DNA from: an uncultured archaeon
Lineage (GTDB): Archaea > Asgardarchaeota > Lokiarchaeia > Sigyniarchaeales > SOKP01
Assembly (NCBI GenBank): GCA_964486045.1
Contig: CAZALK010000004.1
Span: forward strand, 235,772-299,771
Length of the DNA: 64,000 bases
Reading direction: 5' to 3'
Shown here: in pieces, positions 42,063 to 52,100 of the stretch
Layout of the letters: each line of letters opens with the position of its first letter
How positions within the stretch are numbered: position 1 is the stretch's first letter
Made by a program: the position numbers and the translations under genes
Notes under the pieces: generated by a model
Seen by the model: only the letters and a program-made list of their open reading frames with translations
Told to the model about the DNA's origin: nothing
The model's database searches: none

Positions 42063-43130
42063 TTATCTTTTTAATCCTGATTTTAATTTATCTGCTATTA
42101 AATCTCCCATCTCTTTTGTATTTAGGTTTTTTATTTGAGGATTTTGAAGATCAATTGTCCGACCTTCTTCTAGGGCTTGTTCAACAGAGATTTCTATTTC
42201 GTTGGCAATGTCAGGAGAATGAAATGATTCTTGCAACATTAATTTAACACTAAGTATAGTTCCAATTGGGTTTGCTATTCCCTTTCCTGAGATATCTGGG
42301 GCAGAACCGTGAATAGGTTCATACATGGATATTTTCCCGGGATGAATATTCCCACTCGAAGCCATTCCTAAGCTCCCTATAAGAAAAGCACCCTCATCAC
42401 TTATTATGTCACCAAACATGTTACCAGTTACAACAGTTTGGAATTTATCTGGTGCACGAATTAACCATTGGCAGTATGCATCGATGTAGAAATCCTCCTT
42501 TTGAAGATCGGAATACTGGGCCCCAATTTCGTGAAAAATCTTGCGCCATAGTTGACTTGGTTTTAATATGTTAGCTTTATCTACAGAAGTAACTTTAGTG
42601 TGTCCCATTTTTGTAGCAAATTCATATGCATACCGGATGATTCGTTCACACCCTTTTCGGGTGTAAATCATAAGATTTTCAGCTCGATCGTCTGAGATAT
42701 CTCCTATATTTGCATATAATCCTTCAGTGTTTTCTCGAACAAAAGTGATATCAATTCCACTCCCAATAAACTCATCTTTAAGAGGACATCTATCTCTAAG
42801 TGGTTCATAAAGTTTAATAGGTCTTAAATTAATATACAAATCTAATTCTTGTCTTAGTCTAAGAATAGCAGATTCAGCAACACCCGGTGCTAAGTCTGGG
42901 AGCCCTACTGCCCCAAATAAAAGCGCATCAGCACCTTTTATTATATCAAAAGATTTCTCAGGAAGGTTTTCACCATACTTTTTATATATTTCTCCTCCTG
43001 CTGGTGCATCTCTAAATTCAAAAGAAAATTCAGTGAATTCGGCTACAATCTTTAAAATTTTAAGTCCCTCATTAACAACTTCAGGACCTACACCGTCTCC
43101 TCTAGTTATTGCTATAATCTTCTCTTCCAT
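42063..43130 (-). CDS. leuB: 3-isopropylmalate dehydrogenase
   Basis: GDGVGPEV, NLRP, RENTEGLY, DKANIL, NMFGDIISD, EPIHGSAPDI. Confidence 0.85.
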   Translation of the reverse strand: MEEKIIAITRGDGVGPEVVNEGLKILKIVAEFTEFSFEFRDAPAGGEIYKKYGENLPEKSFDIIKGADALLFGAVGLPDLAPGVAESAILRLRQELDLYINLRPIKLYEPLRDRCPLKDEFIGSGIDITFVRENTEGLYANIGDISDDRAENLMIYTRKGCERIIRYAYEFATKMGHTKVTSVDKANILKPSQLWRKIFHEIGAQYSDLQKEDFYIDAYCQWLIRAPDKFQTVVTGNMFGDIISDEGAFLIGSLGMASSGNIHPGKISMYEPIHGSAPDISGKGIANPIGTILSVKLMLQESFHSPDIANEIEISVEQALEEGRTIDLQNPQIKNLNTKEMGDLIADKLKSGLKR

Positions 43131-43351
43131 ATTAGATCATCAATATCTAAAATCGATTAATAATCTTCTGGATTTGGTAAAATAATAAATTTTCTGAGAT
43201 TTATGATTCTTAAACATTTTCTGATAAATTTTATGCTAAATTGATTAAAACTATTTCATAAATGTAAAAAATCAATCATATGGTTAATTTAATTCGCTTA
43301 ATTGTGAAAAGCAAAATATATTAGGTGATTATTAATTTTTTCATATGGATA

Positions 43352-43819
43352 ATGATTAAAAAACAATTTAAATTACTCATTGGAAGTATCATTTATATCT
43401 CTACTTTAGGATTTTTGATTCCATTTTTAATAAGTAAATTTGATTTGTTTGGGGAGATTTACGATTTTTTTGGAAGATTAGCCAGTGCGGGGTTTTTCTT
43501 CTTTTTATTTCTTATGTCAACTTTTTTCTTCTTCCCTTTTATTTATGCGACTATGGTAAAAGAAAAATTGAGTTTTAACATCGAACGTAGTAAAAAAAAA
43601 CAGAAAAATCCCCGTTTTTATGCTTCAATACTAATTGTTATTGGATTTCCTATAATGATTTGGTTGATTCTTGGAAATTTAGGATATTACTCCATTACTG
43701 AAGTAAGCGGTGGATTAGGAAATTTTATACATAATGGGTTTTTAGTGAGTTTTATTGTTCTTCAATATTTCTGCATACTTCCTGCGATAATTTTAGGTTT
43801 GAAAAAGAACAGATTTTAA
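43352..43819 (+). CDS. hypothetical membrane protein (about 4 TM helices)
   Basis: Four hydrophobic segments. Confidence 0.65.
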   Translation: MIKKQFKLLIGSIIYISTLGFLIPFLISKFDLFGEIYDFFGRLASAGFFFFLFLMSTFFFFPFIYATMVKEKLSFNIERSKKKQKNPRFYASILIVIGFPIMIWLILGNLGYYSITEVSGGLGNFIHNGFLVSFIVLQYFCILPAIILGLKKNRF

Positions 43820-43960
43820 ATTTGGTGATCTGGAACTTAAACATTCTAAATTGAAAATATAATTTTTTATTCTGCTTTTCATATTAAAAGGTATCATTTA
43901 ATTCATTTTGATTTATTAGAATCAAATAATCATAATTAGAATTATTAGAAGGAGCTTGAA

Positions 43961-44530
43961 ATGGAATTAATAATAAAATCTTTAGCAGCAAATCTCCTAG
44001 ATGACTTTATTGAGTATTTTGAGAATGTGGGATTTACTGATAATCCTGAATGGGATGAATGTTATTGTTATTACCACCATTGTCCAGGAGGAATCAAAGA
44101 ATTTAACAAACAGACAAAAGAGGAACATAAAACATCAACGATTGAATTAATTCGGTCTGGTAAATTAAATGGATTTCTCGCATATTCAAATGGGAAACCA
44201 GTAGGGTGGTGTAAGGCTGATTTAAAAGAAAATTTTGTAAATTTGCCTTTCAAAGACGATGAAACATCATTAATTAATGTCAAACTAGCATCTGTAGCTT
44301 GTTTTTTGATCGCTCCTACGCAACGGAGGCAAGGAATTGCGCGAAAACTCCTTCAACATACATGCTCAAGCTTTAGTAATCAAGGATATAAGATGGTAGA
44401 AGGATATCCAAGGAAGGGAATGCATTCTGATGCTCATAGCTATAATGGGCCATTATCATTGTATAAGTCGGAAGGATTCATGATCTTTAAAGAGTTGGAG
44501 AATATTTTTATCACTCGCAAAATTCTATAA
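43961..44530 (+). CDS. GNAT-family acetyltransferase
   Basis: CYC, GKPVGWC, CFLIAPTQRRQGIARKLL, VEGYP, LYKSEGF. Confidence 0.88.
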   Translation: MELIIKSLAANLLDDFIEYFENVGFTDNPEWDECYCYYHHCPGGIKEFNKQTKEEHKTSTIELIRSGKLNGFLAYSNGKPVGWCKADLKENFVNLPFKDDETSLINVKLASVACFLIAPTQRRQGIARKLLQHTCSSFSNQGYKMVEGYPRKGMHSDAHSYNGPLSLYKSEGFMIFKELENIFITRKIL

Positions 44531-44960
44531 TGGAATCAACATTTCTAATAAATTGTTGGTAATTAATCTATTCAACATAAAAATTCAAAACTCCATTACA
44601 AAAAAACTATTCAAGATTCTCATTTTCGAGGAATGTGCTAAAATTCTTTATAAAGTTACTTAGATCTTCCATAATTTTAATATTTAAAAATAATCTTAGA
44701 TCTAATAGCTCGGAAGTATCTCTACCAATTTTCTTCTAGGACATCAGTATTTTGAGGTTATTAACCCAAACATATTGTATCGAAGATCTACCGTAATCCT
44801 TATATATCTAAAATAAGTAATATAACTTAAAGAAGTTTTTTGTAAAAATTAAAGAACTTTTTAAATAAAATTTACATAGTGACAAAATAAAATAGTTGGT
44901 AATTACCCTTAAAAGTAGAGGAAATTATCCAAAATATGATAAAAGTGGAGGAATAAAATT

Positions 44961-45173
44961 ATGGCAAAAAAAGTTTTTGCTTGGAGTCCAGTTAGAAAGT
45001 TAATGAAAGACAATGGCGCTGAAATGGTTGCCCGAGATGCTGTAGATGCCTTAATTGATTATTTAGAAAAATTAGCTAGAGGCATGACAAATAAAGCTCT
45101 TGAGATGACCCGACACGCCGGTCGTAAGAAATTAACTCTCAATGACATGGACCTAGCAATGGATTTAATATAG
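44961..45173 (+). CDS. archaeal histone (HMf-type histone fold)
   Basis: PVRKLMKDNGAEMVARDA...HAGRKKLTLND; GGAGG Shine-Dalgarno-like motif upstream. Confidence 0.92.
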   Translation: MAKKVFAWSPVRKLMKDNGAEMVARDAVDALIDYLEKLARGMTNKALEMTRHAGRKKLTLNDMDLAMDLI

Positions 45174-45206
45174 AAAGTGTTTAATTAAACGATAATTTAA
45201 ACTTAA

Positions 45207-45227
45207 TTTTTTTTCTTTTTTTTCTTT
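45207..45227 (+). terminator. oligo-T tract after the histone gene (archaeal-type terminator)
   Basis: Two T8 runs separated by one C, about 35 nt after the stop codon. Confidence 0.45.
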
Positions 45228-45319
45228 ATTCCCTAAAAATACCTCTTTACAAGTTGATAATAGCCGTCTATTCTGATCTTATTCAAATAATCAATAAAAA
45301 CAATTATTAAAGAAAAATA

Positions 45320-45452
45320 ATCCGAGAGTAGGTTCGGTCATTCCCGGAATATGCATCATCGCTTCAATAAACATGTAGGATAAATCGTTGGAGCCATCAG
45401 TCCCATCAGGTTTCAACCCCCCAACATCATGATGGTGCCTTGGCATATGCAT
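45320..45452 (-). pseudogene. internal fragment of a glycyl-radical enzyme (PFL2/HypD/CutC-like)
   Basis: Manual translation ...HDVGGLKPDGTDGSNDLSYMFIEAMMHIPGMTEPTLG resembles the GRE segment hGG..PDG.D..N.LSY..LEA......P.L. Confidence 0.65.
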
Positions 45453-45536
45453 TTTCTCATTGAAAATAATATAGATTTAGTAATGAAAGTATAGGTAAAA
45501 CCTAAAATATTTATAAATTTATTACTTTTTTTTTAA

Positions 45537-46127
45537 CTAATCTAAAAAATAATTATTATTTAAGGAAATAACAAACTGATCTACATCTTCTTGTATATCA
45601 CCGCAAATTTTAAGCAAATGGGAATTCGTTAAGGTGATTTTCTCTACTCTAAAACCGTACTCTCTAGCTAAGATTTCACACGCATTCAAATCATCAATTT
45701 TAGTGGTGTTATACTCTGCACATTTAGAACCAAGAGAAATCTTGCGAAAACAATGGGCTCCTGCTTCTTTATCTTTCGCATCAAAAGTTCTATATCGACA
45801 TAAACCATATTTTTTTTCTGGTCTCGCTAAAAAAATAACATCTTTCATCTCAGTCGTACAATAGACAATCTCCCCAATTTTCACTTTTTCCAAGAACTTT
45901 TTGGACCGTACTTGTATTTTATCTGCAAGATAATCATGATATAAAAGCTTATCTTTAAGCCCAGGACAAATCTTTAGCGCTTCAATTTTAAAAGATTTAC
46001 TAAGTTCTACAAAGGAATTAAAAAACCTACAATAAATAATATTCTTGCGTAATATCTTAAACTGGCAACCCTTAAAAGCACTCAAGCAAATGTAAGAATC
46101 TTGGATATTCGAATAATTGCTTTCCAT
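45537..46127 (-). CDS. Cys-rich hypothetical protein; candidate immunity protein of the giant toxin-like gene
   Basis: 196 aa, co-oriented, starts 40 bp after the giant ORF stop; no recognisable motif. Confidence 0.6.
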   Translation of the reverse strand: MESNYSNIQDSYICLSAFKGCQFKILRKNIIYCRFFNSFVELSKSFKIEALKICPGLKDKLLYHDYLADKIQVRSKKFLEKVKIGEIVYCTTEMKDVIFLARPEKKYGLCRYRTFDAKDKEAGAHCFRKISLGSKCAEYNTTKIDDLNACEILAREYGFRVEKITLTNSHLLKICGDIQEDVDQFVISLNNNYFLD

Positions 46128-46167
46128 ATATAATAAATAAGAAAATAAAAATATATAATTTTAACTA

Positions 46168-49100
46168 TCAGAATGAGCTTAAAATGTTCCGATAATTTTT
46201 AATTTTCTTCTGAGGAGCATCTGTACCAGTTAATCTTTTATACTCATCTGATATATATGCTTGCATATCACTATATTTGACGGTATAAGGAACAACAATC
46301 AGATCAACCCCATTCTTTTTGCAGAGTTCTACCTTTAATTTATCATTTTGTTGAATTCTCTGTAGTCTTTTTAATGCAACATCCCTACTTAATTTATAAA
46401 CCTTTATATGGAACTCTAAATCATAATGTTGAGGACCGTTATACTCAATTGCTAACCTCAACTTTTCGTTGTAACCATCTAATTCAAGTAATCCACCAAC
46501 CCCCTGTAACCATTTCACTGATCCCTTAGGATATTTTCTAAATCTTGCATTAAAAATATACTTCATATAAGCACGCGAAAGCATTTCTGGCTCCGTGTCT
46601 TTAGAATGTCTATTTATGAAATTCCTTATGATTCGGGATGCTTTTTGTTGGATACTAACTAAATCATCATGACTGATTGCATAATGTGTGATTTTTTCAA
46701 ATTCAGTGGTCGTTAAATCTTCTATATTCTGAATCATTCTTGTTAAAGTTTCAAGAGCAGGATTAGTATAAACTCGCTGTCCAAAAAAGCTTTCAAATAG
46801 ATTATATCTATGACCATAAAGTAATAAAGATAGAGCAATTCGTGATTTTAATGAACCTTGCGGAAATAAGGCTATCAATCTGCCAACTAACTTTCCACGA
46901 GGTGTATGGGAAATCTCTAAGGGAACTAAATCATTAGCAGAAACTGTAGCAAAAAAGATGTCAAATGATTTAATAAATGAATCGTATACATTATGGGCTT
47001 GTAAATCTTCAGAATGCTTAGATTTCAATTCACCAAATAACTTAGCATATATTGATGGTGTAATCCCACGGGAAGCGTCACTTCTCATTAAAGATAAAGT
47101 CGCTGAAAAAGCTACTTTAAATTTCTTCTCAAAAATTCTAACTGATTGCTTATCTATGATCTTGGCTTTATAAAAAATCAAAGCTAAACTTCGTGATAGT
47201 GTTAAAAGAGGTAAATAGCTAGGATTCTCTATAGTCTGGTAAACCGGTGTTTCATAATATTCTGTAAAGACATCCAAAATATCTAAAATATCGTCAAAGT
47301 GATTTTTTTCCTCTATTACTGATTTTTGGTACAATTTCAACTTAGCAATTGATAATAAATCAAAGAGAAATTTCTCTGTTACTTTTTCAAGATTTCCCTT
47401 TCCAATTTGGTATCTTGTAGCAGTAAAATAATTCTCATTGACTTCGAAAAAATTTGCAAGTTGAGTGTCAAAAAAATCAATACCAAACACTTCAGATAAT
47501 TTATCCTTTAACCGAGAGGTGAACCTGTTATAAGCATTTAGACTTACTTTCCGGCCGTTATAACGTATCAATTTATTCATAAATGCCTCTGTAGCGGTAA
47601 ACATTCGACTCAGCGCTTTAATCAATTTAGGATTAGGTAGGACTGCCGCACCGCTAACTTGTCCAACCGGGAGGATTTGTTCGTTTGGATCGTTAAATAG
47701 ATAAAACTTTCCATCAATAACAACTCCATCCTCGAGATTGTTAGGGACAGGACTTAATTTTCCATCGTCTGTTATGTCCTGCATCACATCAGAAATACCT
47801 ACCATATCAAGATCAGAAATAATTTTTGCAGATTCACTTGATGATGATTGAACCACTATATTATGAATAATGGTTTTATGTATCTTGAAGCTCTTGGAGA
47901 ACGTCTTAATCGCTGAAAATCCGGCAACAAGTGTGCCACTGAAGAACATCGGTCCGCCAATGCCGACAAGTGCAGCCCCGAGTACAAGGGAGGCTCCGGT
48001 CTTTATTATAGAGCTCCATTGGGGTTTTATTTTGATGTGAGATTCTCTTTCGCTAATTGTCTCTAGAGCAGCTTTTTCTGCTGAAATCTCATTAGTTATG
48101 TGGCGTTCGGACACTAAATTTTGAGTGTTCGTTTGGGTGTCTCCGAATAGGAATTGGGACATCGGACCTGTGATAGACTCACGTCCTCCTTCTACGAGGC
48201 TATTAATAAACACCTGCATGAAAATATCCAGACCTAAGCCTGCAACAAGCTCAGATACGACAATTTCGAGAAGGGGGTCTGTAAAAATTTCTTGCAGTGA
48301 TTCAAAAATCGGGGATGTAATGAATTTTACTAATGTCGTACTAGCTGCCATGCCGGCGATCATAGTTCCAATGGTAGGTCTAATAGCCCACTTAGAAACA
48401 TCATCTAAAAGGCTTTGTGTAAACGTTGGAATCATGGCGGCGCTTGCTCCTTTAGTTAAATATTTTGCAAGTTTACCTATACCGAAAGTAGCACCCACAG
48501 TAAGAATTGTACTTATTGTAGTTACGAAAACGGTATAACACATCTGTGACAAAGTCTCTTGTGTAATTTGAGCGTTTCTGTATTGATAGGTATATTCGAG
48601 TATGTTCTGTTCGATAGCTTGCATGGTGGCAACGCGATTTTCATCTGAATTGGTAGGATCAAGCGCTTGATATTTAGAAACTTTTATCTCGAATACATAA
48701 AACACTTCATAGTCGGGATCACCGATGTATGCACTTGCCTTAGCTTGAGCATTCGATATTAAGTAAGAATAGACACTGTCGCCAAGAGTTAAGACTCCTG
48801 TTGTTTTGCTAAATGAGAATGTGTGGTTCAGATATGAGCCAACAAATCTATTATTATGAATGTCATTACCGTTCGAGTCTATACCTAAGTATTCATATTG
48901 ATATACATCTATTTGTTGAATATCGGCATATATCATATGAATTTTATCTTCAGGGATAAGTTCAATATCTTGTGAACTTTCAGTATCAAATATTTTATAA
49001 ATAGTAAATTGGTCATTTTCAACTGTGGAGTAGCTACTAGAATCTACAAATATTGGATATTCGTGATAAAATTCGGGTATAGGGAATCCGGTATTTGCAC

Positions 49101-52100
49101 CTGCAAATTGGAAGGTTGGAACAAAAACTCCGTCGTTACGTTGCAAGTATGGGTAAAGTTTGTTGTATTCCCCGTTAGTCTCCTTGTTAATTGCGTTTTC
49201 TAAACCCATGATAGCATTTGGACTCTGAGTAGAAGTGAATGAATGTGGCGATAGCCGAGGATCATCGATATCCGAATACCCTGAATAATCACGCGTCTGT
49301 ATGGCGTAATCAAGCGAAATAGGAAAATTGGAACCCCAATTTGTCTTCTTCCACCCTTGTGGGGCGAGAATAAGGGCTCCCTTGAAGTCATGGTTGTCGT
49401 ATTCTAAAAATACATCACTGTACACACCGGCAGAACTCCCTATGATCATATCAGGGATTGATCCCCCCCATACCCTATCAGCCTCATTTTTGCTCGAGAG
49501 GGTAATAGCACCGTCATAATCTTCATTATAAAGCGTTTGAGAAGCTACTAGTTGGGTGTTATCATGAGCTTGTTTCATAGCATTGAGAGCGCTGAGAATT
49601 GCATACATGAGTATGAAACCCGCGGTGCCAGTATGTGTTACGATCCCAAACAGAGTTGAAATAAGTGCAGCCCCAACTTGCCATAAAATGTCTTGAACCA
49701 TTCTACCTTGTATAGATTGAACAAACTGACTTGAGGTTATGGCTGAGACCTCTCTCATTAGTGTACTAGTCTCTGTATTATACATTATTTTCCAAACATC
49801 ATATAATGAATCAGAGAATACATCGTCTAAGAAATATCCATCGTAAGAATTATAATCCCGCAAAAATACCCTATTTTGAGGCCCAAGGTTTGAAAAATCC
49901 CATAATCCGCTAGATGTGGAACTTATAAGATGTTTTTCACTAAAGATTTTCTTGTTTGGCTCAAAATGAGAATTGTAATCGTAATCAAAACCTATTGCAA
50001 GTACTTTCTCGTCTCTGTTAACGACGAAAATAGTGTCGAAAACTCCGTCTTGAGCGCTGGAATAAAACCAATATTCACCGCCAACGTCTACTTTTCTAGG
50101 ATTTGTTTTCGGATTGCTGTCAATAATTACTTTTCCATCATCAGGAATAATTTGGATTACTTCTAAGGTAGAAGATACCTTATCTGACCTTGAGAGAGAA
50201 TCTGGAATTGATACTGTCTTTTGAACGGTCAAGATGTTTTCAAAAACTAGTGAGTCGGTAATGGTGGTTTTACTATCAAACAGAGCAGGAACATTGTCGG
50301 TAGTATGAGTGAAGCCCAAAAGCTCTTCTAATGCAGGGGCTTGAAGTGTGAGGTCATTTGATGGATCTTCATCCCCGTTATCGTTAGTAATTACCTTTAA
50401 ATAAGTATTAGGATCGTATTTTGCAGATAGCTCATTAGCGAAAGTATCTTCATAAATCCGAACTGAGCTTACTTCGCCATATTCATAATCTCTAAAGGTA
50501 AATAAGTGGGATTTAGCAGAAGTCTCAACGAAAGAGTCACGCAACTCTGTAATGGTCCCCTCGGGGAACATTTTGGTGCTAAAAACATCATCTAAGAAAA
50601 ATCCCATGATTTCTGTAGTATATGTAGTCGTCTCTGAAAATGTACTCGATGCTTCAAATGTGATGTCTTTATCAATAAGCCCATCTAAATCGAGGTCTTT
50701 TTGAATAATTACTGTTGTCTTTGTAGTGGTGCTAGTCGTGGTGGTATTTGTTATTAATGTTCTTCGACCAAAAAGGGTTCCGACCATATAAGGAATACCA
50801 TTTTTATTTTCTACATAAAATTTATCTCCAAAAATTGTATTATCACCTGCAATCTCATAATACTTAGTACTTCTTACATCGCTGGTCTTTTGCGTCTCTA
50901 CGTTAGTTGTCTTTGTCTTGATTAAGGTGGTATGGAACACAATCTCCCCTGCGGAGTTAACTTCTCCATATTTATAAACATCGTAAATGCCGTCGATGTC
51001 AACATCCTGACTTTGTATGACTAACTCGTGTTCTCCATCAAGGCTAAAATCATAAAGCTCTAGGGCAGTTCGTTTATCATCCTTTCTTGAGAAATTTGCG
51101 AAGTCAGTAAGCTGAATATCGTTATTAAACTCATATTCTGAAGTTAAGGTATTATAAATAACAAAATTAACATTTCTCACATATTCAAGGTATTCAAAAA
51201 GCGAATCATCAGAGCCAACCGCATAATCTTCCATAAGTAGGAAGTAATCAATATCATTGTATTCGTAATCAACATAGATGCTGTCATTCTTGGTCCAAGC
51301 AGGTGGTCCTGATTTATCTTTCCCATTTTGAAGTAGCCTGAATTGAGTGTAATCAGAATAAGCACCTTCAGTAAAGTTAAGATATACAATAACCTTCTCA
51401 AAATTTCTCAAACTAATGCTATTTGGCGCTTGAATTTGAATCGATTCTCCGTCAGGGAAATTAGAATCTGCTGGATCAAAATCGACCTCAGATTCGTTGA
51501 AAAAGAGTCCTTTTATCATCATGATTTCTAGGTTTTGGGCATCGGAATAATCTTGTGATAAGTCAAATGTATCTGTATCTCCTTCCGAATTATAAGGGAA
51601 AATATTCTCAATTGCGATGTGTCGTGCTTCAAATTCGTTTAGGGATTGATCATATGCGACAGATTGATATTCTTCCAAAATCTCATCGTACCATTCAAAA
51701 GTGATATCCATTGTGCTGATATTTACGTTTGGGGTCTCAATGGTGTGCCATTCGTTCCATGCATTTTGGTCTGCCCATGAAAGGTAGAGGTATCTGAAAG
51801 TGTCAATATGAGGATTATAATATTCAAATAAGTCTTGAAGATCCGAATCTTGGTCACGGTAGGCATAATAATATTCTTCGTTGTATTGAGGATTCCAAGT
51901 AATATCATAAACCCCTGAAGTCGTTTCTTGACCACTTAAGTGTTCATCAAAATAATACCAATTACCATCACTATCAAATGCATCGAAATAATAAGTCTCG
52001 TTTATTGCAGGATCGTCTTGATATAACGGGAGAAACTCGCTTGCGTCTAGGATTATAGATTCACTATAAATATTCGCATAATCCCCCACATAAAACTTTT

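Noticed and set aside
45320-45455. Possible ncRNA (C/D-box-like ATGATG/CTGA, GTTGGGG/CTCCAAC stem, SECIS- or riboswitch-like)
   Set aside because: The SECIS core is out of register, riboswitch consensus elements are missing, and the sequence is better explained as a glycyl-radical-enzyme coding fragment.
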